A stretch of 64,000 bases of DNA, from contig JBBRNJ010000016.1 of NCBI GenBank assembly GCA_038230375.1, positions 1 to 64,000 on the forward strand. The letters run 5' to 3'. Under the pieces are notes generated by a model, which was given only the letters and a program-made list of their open reading frames with translations, did not search any database and was not told the DNA's origin. The DNA is from Polyangiales bacterium (GTDB lineage Bacteria > Myxococcota_A > Polyangia > Polyangiales > Polyangiaceae). This document shows, in pieces, positions 19,437 through 30,653 of this stretch (position 1 is the first letter of the stretch; every line of letters starts with the position of its first letter). Made by a program: the position numbers and the translations under genes.

Positions 19437-20288
19437 ATGCGCCGTTTTTTCCGTTCCATCCTCGTGTGCTTTGCGTTGGCGCTCGTGCCGGCTTGTGACT
19501 TTGGCACGCTCGAGTCGCTCTCGCAGGATCAGGCGGTGGAGGCGCCCACCGAGGTCAGTGTTGCGGCGCGTTCGTTCTGGACGGGGTACTCGTCGTCGGA
19601 GGCAGACGTCGCCAAGCTCACCGCCGACATCGAGGGCATCATCCAGCGTGGAGGCGGCACTCCTCTGCAGGCGAAGATCTCCAATCTGCAGAAGGGCGAC
19701 GTCGCGAACGTCGGGCTCGATCAGAACGACGTCACCCTCGCCGCCGGCATGCTCCTCGTGAGCGAGATCACCTGCACGCTCGCCGACATCGAGAAGCTCG
19801 TCATCGCCACGAACCAGGATCAGCTCTACCCCAGCACGTACGACGCCTACAAGCGCACGTACCTCTCGAGCCAGCCCGACTACGCCGCACGCAAGACCGA
19901 CGACGTGAAGTGGCAGACCGATCTCACGGCGAGCCTCCTGAGCCGCCAGTACGAGTCGCTGCTGAACGGCGGTAACCATTACTTCAAGACGGGCGGCCCC
20001 GGCGGCAAGCCCATGTTCTTCTCGCGCACGTTCCTCACCAAGCCCGCCACGTTCCTGAAGAACGGACAGGGCGCGGACTTCAACCAGGACTACCAGATCG
20101 AGCTCTACTGGGAGCGCACGCCCGGACACACCGCGCACTTCTACGGCGTCTGGCGCGAGTTCAAGATGGGCACCATCACGAGCGACAGCGCGCTCTACCA
20201 GAGCCTCGTGCTCGGCAACCTGGCCGACTTCGACAAGCGCACAGGACTCATCTGCCAGAACAAGACCCCCGTCGGCACGTTCAACTGA
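19437..20288 (+). CDS. Lipoprotein of unknown function
   Basis: MRRFFRSILVCFALALVPAC lipoprotein signal; strong codon bias. Confidence 0.8.
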   Translation: MRRFFRSILVCFALALVPACDFGTLESLSQDQAVEAPTEVSVAARSFWTGYSSSEADVAKLTADIEGIIQRGGGTPLQAKISNLQKGDVANVGLDQNDVTLAAGMLLVSEITCTLADIEKLVIATNQDQLYPSTYDAYKRTYLSSQPDYAARKTDDVKWQTDLTASLLSRQYESLLNGGNHYFKTGGPGGKPMFFSRTFLTKPATFLKNGQGADFNQDYQIELYWERTPGHTAHFYGVWREFKMGTITSDSALYQSLVLGNLADFDKRTGLICQNKTPVGTFN

Positions 20289-20312
20289 TCCGCCTGTGAT
20301 ACGCTCTTCTCG

Positions 20313-21182
20313 ATGCGTTTGAGGCTGGAAAACGTAGCGTCCGTGGTCGCCGCTTGCGGCGCAGCGGCATTCGCATGCGGCTCCTTCTCTGGCTCCGACG
20401 AGAAGGGCATCCCCAAGGACGCGGCTGACGCCGGTGGAAGCGACAGCGCGTTGGTCACCTCAAACGGCGGTGACGGTGGCGGTGGCGAGGACGCGTCCGC
20501 GAACAACACGGGATGCTTGCCGGACGCGGGCGTCGCGTTCCTCTCTGCGAACTTCGAGGAGACACCGCCGCGCTTCTACGTGCTGGGCAAGCAATCGGGG
20601 CTGCCGCTGGCAGCCGGGCCCACGGTGGCCCGTGTCGACGACGGCGGGGCGACGTGCGGCGCGAACGCGCTAGACATCCAGATGAAGGGCGTCGCCTACA
20701 CGCTCAGCGCCCCAGCGCAGACCCTCGGCTTCACGGCGCACAAGCTGACCGCCCGCTTCGACGTACTGTTCCAGGCGCTCGGCCCGACCGCGGGGGACGA
20801 GACGCTCTTCGCGCTTGCCTTCGTGAACCCCGCGTTCAAGAACTGCTACGCGTATCTGCAGACCTTGAACGCCAACGAGATGGACTTCGGCATCCAGACC
20901 CACTGCGGCTCCAAGGACTCCAATCAGTACGTCGCCAAGGCGATCCCCAATCCCGTCGGTCTCGGCTGGTATCACGTGACGTTCGTGCTCGATCTCACGG
21001 CACAGAGCGCGTCGCTCAGCTTCAACGGCCAGATCCCGGCGACCGTCGCTCTGAAGTCGGTTGACGTCGCTGTCGGCGCAGACATGGGCTACGCCTCGGT
21101 GGGGCTCGATCAGGGGCCGGGTAAGGACGCCGGCGCGGCCGGGCACGTGCGCCTCGACAATATCCGGGTCGACGTCGAGTAG
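20313..21182 (+). CDS. Lipoprotein with a predicted concanavalin/LamG-like beta-sandwich
   Basis: Lipobox AFAC, DAG linker, [19 protein letters not shown]. Confidence 0.7.
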   Translation: MRLRLENVASVVAACGAAAFACGSFSGSDEKGIPKDAADAGGSDSALVTSNGGDGGGGEDASANNTGCLPDAGVAFLSANFEETPPRFYVLGKQSGLPLAAGPTVARVDDGGATCGANALDIQMKGVAYTLSAPAQTLGFTAHKLTARFDVLFQALGPTAGDETLFALAFVNPAFKNCYAYLQTLNANEMDFGIQTHCGSKDSNQYVAKAIPNPVGLGWYHVTFVLDLTAQSASLSFNGQIPATVALKSVDVAVGADMGYASVGLDQGPGKDAGAAGHVRLDNIRVDVE

Positions 21183-21265
21183 CCGCTTTCACGCCAATAT
21201 ATGCGCCTCCGTACGCTCCGGCGAAACCGAAGCGGAACCGGGGCGTACACAGTGTAGAGGTCCCC

Positions 21266-21850
21266 ATGAACCGCGTGCCCTTCGCCTGTGCTGCGTTGCT
21301 CGTCCTCATCAACGCGTGCCGCCCCTCCGCCGGCTCGGGCACCACCACGGCGGCATCCGCCTCCGATGAACCCGCGATCGGGGTCGGCGCGGTCGCGAAC
21401 GTCGCCGCGGCGAGCACGTACCCGAAGCCCACCCCGGACGCGCTGAAGGCGAAGCTCACGCCGCTGCAGTATCAGGTCACGCAGAACGAGGCGACCGAGC
21501 CGCCGTTCCGCAACCTCTACTGGGACAACCACGAGGCCGGCATCTACGTGGACGTGACAACGGGTGAGCCGCTCTTCTCCTCCACCGACAAGTTCGAGTC
21601 GGGCACCGGCTGGCCCAGCTTCTCTCGCACGATCGCGGACGGGCACGTGGTCGACAAGACCGACGTCACGCTCGGCATGAAGCGAACAGAGGTGCGCTCG
21701 AAGAGCGGCGACGCGCACCTCGGCCACCTCTTCGACGACGGCCCGGCCCCCACCGGTCTTCGCTACTGCATCAACTCGGCGTCGCTCCGGTTCATCCCGG
21801 TCGCGAAGCTCGAGGCGGAAGGGTACGGCGCGTTCGCTCCCAGGTTCTAG
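21266..21850 (+). CDS. msrB: Peptide-methionine (R)-S-oxide reductase with an N-terminal export signal
   Basis: [44 protein letters not shown]. Confidence 0.95.
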   Translation: MNRVPFACAALLVLINACRPSAGSGTTTAASASDEPAIGVGAVANVAAASTYPKPTPDALKAKLTPLQYQVTQNEATEPPFRNLYWDNHEAGIYVDVTTGEPLFSSTDKFESGTGWPSFSRTIADGHVVDKTDVTLGMKRTEVRSKSGDAHLGHLFDDGPAPTGLRYCINSASLRFIPVAKLEAEGYGAFAPRF

Positions 21851-21882
21851 GGCTCGCCGACCCCGCGAGTCACGCCCGCGCG

Positions 21883-23628
<1,746 letters not shown>

Positions 23629-23692
23629 GGGAGTGACTACAAGTCGACCGAGGCGGGAAGGTCAAGGTGGATGTCGAGGTCTGCGTCGAGGT

Positions 23693-24208
23693 CTACGTCG
23701 CCTCCAGCGCGCGCAGCAGTATCTCCATCAGATGTGCGTGCCTCGGGAAGGCGTCGCCGTGCTGGCCCATGAGCCCGAGAAATGCGGCGTACTCGAGCTC
23801 CGCGCACGTTCGCGCCCGCTTGCCCTTGCCCCAGAGCGACGCGAGATATGCGACACGTGTGGTGTCCACGTCCAGCTGCGCCCGTCGCGCGCGCACGTCT
23901 CCGACAGCCCACGCACGAATGGCGACCTCGAGTGTGAGATCCAGCTTCCCGACGGCCCGGTACAGCGCGCGCCGGCGCTCGGCGACCGCGGATTCTGCCT
24001 CCGCCGCAGCCATGGGCGCGAGCGTGTGCGCGTGCTTCCACGCGTCCAGGAGCGCGTCCTCGAACGCCGAGATGTCAGCGAAGTGGTGGTAGAAGGACCC
24101 CTTGGTCTTGCGCATCGCAGCGCAGAGCCGCTCGATCGTGAGCCGCTGGTTGCCGTCGCGACGCACGAGCGAGAGACCAGCATCGATCCACGCTGCCTTC
24201 TTCACCAT
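23693..24208 (-). CDS. TetR/AcrR-family transcriptional regulator
   Basis: WIDAGL..LTIERLCAAMRKTKGSFYHHF helix-turn-helix. Confidence 0.9.
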   Translation of the reverse strand: MVKKAAWIDAGLSLVRRDGNQRLTIERLCAAMRKTKGSFYHHFADISAFEDALLDAWKHAHTLAPMAAAEAESAVAERRRALYRAVGKLDLTLEVAIRAWAVGDVRARRAQLDVDTTRVAYLASLWGKGKRARTCAELEYAAFLGLMGQHGDAFPRHAHLMEILLRALEAT

Positions 24209-24933
24209 GCTGAGGAGAGTGTCACCGCACCGAGCAGCAGACACAACGGCGAGTAGAACGCGCGGCTCAGGAATCGGTAGGGTGTCTTCGCGATGCGAGG
24301 CCGTACCCGGCCTTCGATCCAGCCGAACGCGCCTCGCGTCAGCAGGACGGCCGCCACGATCAGCGCGGCCCAGCGCGGGCCGTTGAGTGACGCGTAGGCC
24401 ATCGCGCAAAGCGTGACCGCCACGAGCACGGTCGCCAGGCGTCCCGGCGCCAGCCCACCCGCACGCGATCCAATGAGGTACGTGGGTGCGAGCTCACGCG
24501 AGGGTGAGGGGAACACCATGCCAGCGGCCCATCCGACATGCATGAGCGCGAGTAGCACGAGCGTCAGCGGCGCACCCGCCCGCGGGAGCGCGATGCAGAG
24601 CGCGAGCGGCCCAAGCAAGATCCACTGAGGTAGCGCGAAGCCCGCACCATGGACGCGTGCCGCGCGCGCAATGAAGATCGCAGCGCCGAACGCCAGCTCC
24701 GCCGCAAGAAAGAGCCGGAGTGGTGGATTGGGGTGCGCCTCCAGGTAGACGAGCATCACGGCCGTCCCCACCAGCGTGAAGCTCACCATGTGCCAGACCA
24801 CGAAGAGCGTGGACTTCGGAAACGGCGCGATGGCATCCGCCTCGAGCGGAACGACCACGTGCTTCTGCCCCATGATCAGGTGGACGAAGGAGACGTAGAG
24901 AGTGAACGCCGAGAGAACGATGCCCTGGGACAT
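24202..24933 (-). CDS. Membrane protein; C-terminal half DUF3995-like
   Basis: Multiple TM helices; HVGWAAG..P, LLTRG..G and FYSPLCLLLG. Confidence 0.7.
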   Translation of the reverse strand: MSQGIVLSAFTLYVSFVHLIMGQKHVVVPLEADAIAPFPKSTLFVVWHMVSFTLVGTAVMLVYLEAHPNPPLRLFLAAELAFGAAIFIARAARVHGAGFALPQWILLGPLALCIALPRAGAPLTLVLLALMHVGWAAGMVFPSPSRELAPTYLIGSRAGGLAPGRLATVLVAVTLCAMAYASLNGPRWAALIVAAVLLTRGAFGWIEGRVRPRIAKTPYRFLSRAFYSPLCLLLGAVTLSSAW

Positions 24934-24940
24934 GGCAAGA

Positions 24941-24963
24941 ACATACCATACCGTATGGTATGT
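24941..24963. promoter_or_regulatory. Perfect inverted repeat ACATACCATAC-C-GTATGGTATGT, probable TetR operator
   Basis: 11-bp arms, AT-rich in a GC-rich background. It overlaps a TATGTT -10-like hexamer 6 nt upstream of the 24933 ATG of the operon containing the TetR gene. Confidence 0.8.
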
Positions 24964-25111
24964 TTCCAGGCATGACGGTGGGGCTCGTGGATCCCATTCG
25001 GTCCATCACCCGGAGGAGACACAGCGCACTGCAAGCCCACCTTCGCCAACACGATCCATGGGTTAGCCGGGCCGCGGTCATGGAAAATCCGTTCACGGTA
25101 GATTCCAGCAA

Positions 25112-25127
25112 AGGCCCTCTTCTTGCT
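25112..25127 (+). promoter_or_regulatory. Putative sigma54 -24/-12 promoter
   Basis: AGGCCCTCTTCTTGCT (GG-N10-GC with TTGC); the -12 C is 14 nt before GTG 25140. Confidence 0.45.
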
Positions 25128-25139
25128 TGATGGGAGATC

Positions 25140-25790
25140 GTGACGATCGATCGACGCTCAGACATCCGTTCGCTGATGGAGGCGAACGCCGTGCAGCTCC
25201 CTGACGGTGTTGCCGTGACGGACGTCGCGGCGCGCTGCCGTGGTGCAGTCCTCATGCTGCTCGAGAGCGAGTCCCCCGTCGGGGATCACGGAGCGCGTCA
25301 GCCTCCGTGGGGCAAGCAGGAGCTCGCGCAGTGGCTCACCGGTCCGTATCGCTGGCCCACGAGCTTCGCGAAGCCGCGTGAGATCGGCATGCCGCCGTCG
25401 TCGCGCCGGATGCCCATCCCCGTCGACAGGCTGGAGGAGCTGCTGGCCGACACCCGCAGCGAGGTCCAGGCCGCGTTCGCGCGCGTCGCCGAGAGCACGG
25501 ACATCTCCTTCAGCTATGCGGCGATCCACGGCGGGTTCATCGAGCGCTGTCAGGACGATCAGGGCACGAAGGGCTGGGTCCCGGTCGATCGCCAAGGAAT
25601 GCGACTGTCGGAGCGCGCGATATCGCTCATAGCAGTGGACTACCTGGTGAGACCGGGTGACTACCTGGGGTTGATCTCGGTGTGCAAGGAGTGCAGCCGA
25701 GTGTCGTTCGATGCGCTGTGCCGCGTGAAGCAAGCGTGTCACCGACACCGAGCGAGTCAGGAAAGAATCGCAATCGTGAAGAAGGCGTAG
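25140..25790 (+). CDS. Hypothetical protein with C-terminal CxxC (CGNR zinc-finger-like position); paralog of 28929..29534
   Basis: Shares WxxGPYR, GFIxxCxD, PVD and LxERxxSLIAVDYxxRPxDY..CxxC with 28929..29534. Confidence 0.75.
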   Translation: MTIDRRSDIRSLMEANAVQLPDGVAVTDVAARCRGAVLMLLESESPVGDHGARQPPWGKQELAQWLTGPYRWPTSFAKPREIGMPPSSRRMPIPVDRLEELLADTRSEVQAAFARVAESTDISFSYAAIHGGFIERCQDDQGTKGWVPVDRQGMRLSERAISLIAVDYLVRPGDYLGLISVCKECSRVSFDALCRVKQACHRHRASQERIAIVKKA

Positions 25791-25884
25791 AACGACGCCG
25801 ACGACGCCGACCTCGACCCCGACCCCGACCCCGACCTCGACCTCGACCTCGACTTCGACCTCGACCCCGACCTCGACCCCGTTC
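25791..25884. repeat. Degenerate hexamer array (CTCGAC/CCCGAC/TTCGAC), intergenic
   Basis: Read directly; begins immediately after the TAG at 25790. Confidence 0.9.
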
Positions 25885-25947
25885 CCGTCCCGGAGGGGTT
25901 TTGCAGGGAGACGGGAGAAAGATCTGGGCCTTCGGGGTCTGCGTGAT

Positions 25948-25976
25948 CGCCGCGGGTCTTGTGTGGACCCGCGGCG
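25948..25976. terminator. 11-bp stem-loop between convergent genes
   Basis: CGCCGCGGGTC-ttgtgtg-GACCCGCGGCG. There is no U-tract, so a terminator role is uncertain. Confidence 0.45.
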
Positions 25977-25987
25977 GCGCGTTCTGT

Positions 25988-26308
25988 TCAGCGTGTGAGC
26001 TTTGTCAGCGTGCCGAGGATCTGGCGCATGCGGATGCGCAGCTCTTCGCGTACGCGGGGGAGGTATCCCAGTGCGACGCCCACTTCGATGCATGCGAGCG
26101 TCTCTCGCGCGCTGCCGAGGGCGGTGTGATACCGCAGCTGCTTGTTCCGGCCCCGCGAATACGAGCCCTCGCTCACGTTCAACGCGATGCTGGCCGCCGC
26201 GCGCCGAAGTTGTTTTTCAAGCTCGGGATCCTGCCGTCGAATCACCTCCATCTCCATTCTCAGCATCCCAACCGTCTCCAAGATCACCGAATAAATCTCC
26301 AAGTCCAT
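25988..26308 (-). CDS. Four helix bundle protein (23S rRNA IVS protein / Avd-like family)
   Basis: QLRRAAASIALNVSEG and ALGSARETLACIEV..ALGY family signatures; 106 aa; AGGAG upstream. Confidence 0.9.
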   Translation of the reverse strand: MDLEIYSVILETVGMLRMEMEVIRRQDPELEKQLRRAAASIALNVSEGSYSRGRNKQLRYHTALGSARETLACIEVGVALGYLPRVREELRIRMRQILGTLTKLTR

Positions 26309-26424
26309 GTGTGAGCTCCTTTCGCTCGACCCAGTCGGGGCATCGAGCGGAGGCCAGCTCAAGGCTCGCCCGCAGGGCGACCAGCGCAGCTGGCATGGCC
26401 TTGAACTGGCCGAGCACGATGGCA

Positions 26425-26446
26425 CCCCAACCCCAACCCCAACCCA
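26425..26446. repeat. (CCCCAA)3CCCA tract, giving four G-runs on the minus strand
   Basis: Read directly. Confidence 0.85.
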
Positions 26447-26516
26447 GGCTGGCCCTTTCTCCCTAAAGCGCGGTCCATTCCAAATCCTTTCCCTCCCTGG
26501 TGCGTCCGACGCCACC

Positions 26517-28700
26517 ATGAGAAAGATCCTCCTTTGCGGCGCGGCGCTCGCCCTCGTGGGCTGCGGAACCACCACCACCAGCTACGTGAAGCCCACCCCC
26601 GACGCGACGCTCGGTCGCGTGGTCGTCTATCGCAACGGCGTGGCTTATTACGAGCGGTACGCCGACGTGAACACGGATCACCTCTCCGTGAACGTGCCCC
26701 AGGACAAGGTCGATGACTTCCTGAAGTCGCTCACGGTCATCGACGTCGCCACCGGGAAACCTGCTCCAGTGTCGTACCCGTCGCTCGGCGCGAACGGCGC
26801 CTCGGGCACCGGCCCCATCGACATGAAGATCTCGCTGCCCGCGTCCGACGGCAAGCCGCATCGCCTGAAGCTCTCCTACGTCACGGACGCGCCTGCCTGG
26901 AAGCCCAGCTACCGCGCAGTCGTCGGCAAGGATGGCAAGGTGTCGCTCCAGGCATGGGCCGTCGTCGACAACACGTCGGGTGAGGACTGGAACAAGGTGA
27001 AGCTCGGCGTCGGTTCGAGCTCCGCCATGTCCTTCCGCTTCGACCTGCGCAGCCTGCGCATGGTGCAGCGCGAGACGTTGAAGCCCACCGAGGCGTTCGC
27101 GATGGCTCCGCCCGCAGGCGGTGCGACGTTCGGAGGCAACGCCGAGACGCGCCTCTTCGCGGACATCTCGGAGGAGTCACTGAAGAACATCGATGCGCCG
27201 CCACCTCCGCCGGCCGTCGCCGCTGCCGCGCCCCACGACCGATTCGCCGGAGCCATGACCAAGGCTGGTGGCGCGGGCCATGGTCGCGGCGCTACCACCG
27301 CCACGACCATGCCTCCCGCGGATCCGAACGCGAACATCAACGCCGCGCAGGCTCAGTCGCAGGCGCAGGTCGCGCAGATTTCGCAGATGCTCCGCTCCAA
27401 CGGCAACACCGTCGTCGTGGAGGGCTACGCCAACGGTGACGATGAGGACAAGATGACGAGCTCGCTCGATCGCGCCAACAAGCTGCGCGATCAGCTCATT
27501 CGCGCCGGCGTGAGCCCGAACCAGGTGGTCGCGCTCGGCAAGGGCGAAGCAGATGGACGCAGGGGCGGCGCGCGCGTCGTTGCCGCTCCGCCGATCGCGC
27601 CGAACGGCACGGCCGCGAAGGCGCCGCTGACAGGCGCGGACGGAAAGCCCATCGCGCCGGAGGTCCTCGAGCCCATCGGCACGTCGCACTTCGAGTCCGG
27701 CAGCACCATGACCGTGCCGCGGGGCACGTCCGCGATGATCTCGATCTTCGAAGGACCCACGGACGGACAGATCATATACCTCTACGATCCGGAGAGCGCG
27801 CGCGGCAATGCGCAGTTCGCGTTCAAGACGCTGCGCTTCAAGAACCCGACGGACTCCGCGCTCGAGAGCGGCCCGTTCAGCGTCTTCGGCGAAGGTCGCT
27901 TCATTGGTGAGGGCCTCGCAGAGCCGATCCCCGCGAAGTCGACCGCGTTCGTTCCGTTCGCGCTCGATCGCCAGATCGTCGTCGAGCACAAGGACCAGGA
28001 CCACGACGAGATCGCCCGCATCATCACCGTGCAGCGCGGCGTGTTCTCCACGGAGGTGCAGCACACGCGCAAGCAGGCGTTCACGCTCTACAACCGCTCC
28101 GGTGACCGCGCGACCGTCTATCTTCGCCACACCGTGCCGCAAGGCTACAAGCTCACGCACGCTCCGAGCATGTCTGAGGGCGACACCAAGGACGAGCATC
28201 TCGGTGGCGCGCGCCTCTTCAAGGTGGAGGTCGAGCCGAACGGCAAGACGGAGGTCTCCATCGAGGAGGCCACGCCGGTGTTTCGCACGACCGATATCCG
28301 CACCGAAGCGGGCCTCGAGCTGGTGCGTGCATACGTGAGCAGCGCCGCGGTCCAGAACGGGAAGCTCAAGACGGAGCTCGAGCACCTGATCAAGTTGAAT
28401 GTGGACATGGCCAAGGTCACCCAACAGATCCAGACCGTCCACGAGCAGATGAACGAGTACCGCATGCGCATGGACGAGCTCCACGCGCAGCTCGTCACGC
28501 TGAAGATGGTGAAGACCGCAGGGCCGCTGATGGCACACCTGGAGAAGAAGCTGCAGGAGATGAGCGAGAAGCTCTCCAAGGCGACAGTGGACGTCGTGGG
28601 CCTACAGGAGAAGCTGATGGTCGCCAAGGTGGAGTTCCAGACCGGTGTGAGCGACCTCTCACTTCAGGAGCGCGTCGCCGCGACCGACGGCAAACCATGA
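26517..28700 (+). CDS. DUF4139/DUF4140-like lipoprotein with an inserted OmpA-like domain and C-terminal coiled coil
   Basis: Lipobox LVGC, RVVVYRNGVAY, DDFLKSL, WKPSYR, WAVVDNTSGEDW, VVVEGYA..SLDRA..GKG. Confidence 0.8.
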   Translation: MRKILLCGAALALVGCGTTTTSYVKPTPDATLGRVVVYRNGVAYYERYADVNTDHLSVNVPQDKVDDFLKSLTVIDVATGKPAPVSYPSLGANGASGTGPIDMKISLPASDGKPHRLKLSYVTDAPAWKPSYRAVVGKDGKVSLQAWAVVDNTSGEDWNKVKLGVGSSSAMSFRFDLRSLRMVQRETLKPTEAFAMAPPAGGATFGGNAETRLFADISEESLKNIDAPPPPPAVAAAAPHDRFAGAMTKAGGAGHGRGATTATTMPPADPNANINAAQAQSQAQVAQISQMLRSNGNTVVVEGYANGDDEDKMTSSLDRANKLRDQLIRAGVSPNQVVALGKGEADGRRGGARVVAAPPIAPNGTAAKAPLTGADGKPIAPEVLEPIGTSHFESGSTMTVPRGTSAMISIFEGPTDGQIIYLYDPESARGNAQFAFKTLRFKNPTDSALESGPFSVFGEGRFIGEGLAEPIPAKSTAFVPFALDRQIVVEHKDQDHDEIARIITVQRGVFSTEVQHTRKQAFTLYNRSGDRATVYLRHTVPQGYKLTHAPSMSEGDTKDEHLGGARLFKVEVEPNGKTEVSIEEATPVFRTTDIRTEAGLELVRAYVSSAAVQNGKLKTELEHLIKLNVDMAKVTQQIQTVHEQMNEYRMRMDELHAQLVTLKMVKTAGPLMAHLEKKLQEMSEKLSKATVDVVGLQEKLMVAKVEFQTGVSDLSLQERVAATDGKP

Positions 28701-28897
28701 CACCAGAGGCGTTGGGCCTGTGACAGTGCGTCGATTCACGCACACTTTACATGTCCCACGTGACGCGAATGGTCACCCATTCCAGGGATGGAACGTGACG
28801 GCACGTGTCCAGTTTTCCCAGGAATACCCGGCAAGCTCGCGGGTTTTCTTCACGAAGTCGGCCCGTGAGCCGGCGCACACGACAGCCCCCGCAGGAT

Positions 28898-28913
28898 TGG
28901 CCTGCAAGATGCA
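28898..28913 (+). promoter_or_regulatory. Putative sigma54 -24/-12 promoter
   Basis: TGGCCTGCAAGATGCA (GG-N10-GC) just upstream of ATG 28929. Confidence 0.4.
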
Positions 28914-28928
28914 ACACCGAGTAGCGCT

Positions 28929-29534
28929 ATGCACGATTCACAAATCCGACTTAAAGCAGTTTCTTCTTATGTCCTCTCTCCCCCCGGAGAGCACCTCACG
29001 ATCTCCGACATCGCGGACCAGTCACGCGCGGCCTACCTCGCGCTGATGAAGAGCGCGGTGAGCCCGTTCCGCAACGCGGATCTCGCGGAGTGGTTCAAGG
29101 GGCCGTATCGCCGCGCCGTGTCGCCCGGAGGCATCATGCTCGGGCGCACGCCAACGCCGTTCGCGGTGGCGCGTGGCTCCGTGGATGTCCATGTGGACGT
29201 GCTCACGCTGCAGGCTCGCGAGGAGGCGCTCGTCGCGCTTCGCCACCTGAAAAACCTGCGGGAGCAGGACACCAGCTTCACATTCGACGCGCGCAACCGC
29301 GGCTTCATCACGGAATGTCGCGACGAGAGCGGAACGCGCGGCCTCTGCCCCGTGGATGCGCCAGAGATGAAGCTGTACGAGCGCATGCTTTCGCTCATCG
29401 CCGTGGACTACGTCGCGCGCCCGCAGGACTACGAGGAGCGCCTTGCGATCTGCCGGCGCTGCGAGATGCCGTTCTTCGACGGGATCCACGCCTGCGCGCG
29501 GGGCCTCTCCATTCACGTCAAGCGCGCGGGCTGA
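28929..29534 (+). CDS. Hypothetical protein with C-terminal CxxC; paralog of 25140..25790
   Basis: WFKGPYR, GFITECRDESG, LYERMLSLIAVDYVARPQDY, ICRRC. Confidence 0.75.
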   Translation: MHDSQIRLKAVSSYVLSPPGEHLTISDIADQSRAAYLALMKSAVSPFRNADLAEWFKGPYRRAVSPGGIMLGRTPTPFAVARGSVDVHVDVLTLQAREEALVALRHLKNLREQDTSFTFDARNRGFITECRDESGTRGLCPVDAPEMKLYERMLSLIAVDYVARPQDYEERLAICRRCEMPFFDGIHACARGLSIHVKRAG

Positions 29535-29618
29535 AACACCCACGCCGTAACGCCCGCCTGACAGCCCCCACGGAGTAGTGCTAGAGCACACGTGCGCGCT
29601 TCAGCAAGGCGCGCATGC

Positions 29619-30653
29619 ATGCCCTCCTACGAGATCAGAGCAGCGCTACCCTCCGACGAAGACGAGCTCCTCGCAGTCGCGCACCATCTGAACACGGTGA
29701 ACCTGCCGGACGACCGCGCGGGCGTGGCCAGCATCCTGGACCACACGCACAAGAGCTTCACGGGCGCCATCAAGGATCCGAAGCGCCGCGAGTACGTCTT
29801 CGTGCTGCGCGATCTCGCGAAGAACAAGATCATCGGCACATCCATGATCATCGCGCAGCTCGGACGGCGAGATGCACCCTACATCTATCTCGACGTCATC
29901 GACGAGGAGCGTTACTCACACACCCTCGACAAGCACTTCAAGCACACCACCTTGAAGATCGGTTACTCGTACAACGGGCCCACGGAGATCGGCGGCCTGG
30001 TGCTCGCCCCGGAGTACCGCCTGGTGCCGGAGCGCCTGGGAACGCTCATCTCGTACGTGCGGTTCCTCTACATCAAGATGCATCGCGAGCTGTTCCGCGA
30101 TGAGGTGCTCGCGGAGCTCCTGCCGCCGCTCGAGAAGGACGGCACGTCGCACCTGTGGGACGCGCTTGGCCGCCACTTCACGGACATGACGTACGCGGAG
30201 GCGGACCGTCTCTCCAAGCAGAACAAGGAGTTCGTTCGCGGTCTCTTCCCGGAGGGCACCATCTACGCGTCGCTCTTGCCGAAGCAGGCGCAGGACGTGA
30301 TCGGCAAGGTCGGTGCGCAGACGCGCGGCGTGGAGAAGATGCTTCGTCGCGTTGGCTTCCGCTACGCAGAGCGCGTGGACCCGTTCGATGGCGGTCCGCA
30401 CTTCACCGCCCCCACCGACGAGGTGTCGCTGGTGCAGCGCACGCGCAAGATCAACATCGAGAAGCTGCTCCCGAACGACCACCCGAAAGCCCGCGCGGTG
30501 GTCGCAGTCAGCACTCCAGACGCGCCGTTCTTCCGCGCGGTGCTCGCGCCGTGGAAAGAGGTCGGCGAGGACGGCGGTGCGATCGGCGAGGACGTCGCGA
30601 AGCACATGGGCCTGGACGTGGGAAGCCAAGCGTGGGTGCTTCCGCTCGAGTGA
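29619..30653 (+). CDS. astA: Arginine N-succinyltransferase
   Basis: NLPDD, YVFVLRD, GPTEIGGLVLAPEYR, VLAEL, WDALGRHFTDMTYAEADRLS, VDPFDGGP. Confidence 0.9.
   Translation: MPSYEIRAALPSDEDELLAVAHHLNTVNLPDDRAGVASILDHTHKSFTGAIKDPKRREYVFVLRDLAKNKIIGTSMIIAQLGRRDAPYIYLDVIDEERYSHTLDKHFKHTTLKIGYSYNGPTEIGGLVLAPEYRLVPERLGTLISYVRFLYIKMHRELFRDEVLAELLPPLEKDGTSHLWDALGRHFTDMTYAEADRLSKQNKEFVRGLFPEGTIYASLLPKQAQDVIGKVGAQTRGVEKMLRRVGFRYAERVDPFDGGPHFTAPTDEVSLVQRTRKINIEKLLPNDHPKARAVVAVSTPDAPFFRAVLAPWKEVGEDGGAIGEDVAKHMGLDVGSQAWVLPLE

Noticed and set aside
26425..26446. Eukaryotic telomere contamination
   Set aside because: Only about 3.5 units, embedded in continuous bacterial sequence.
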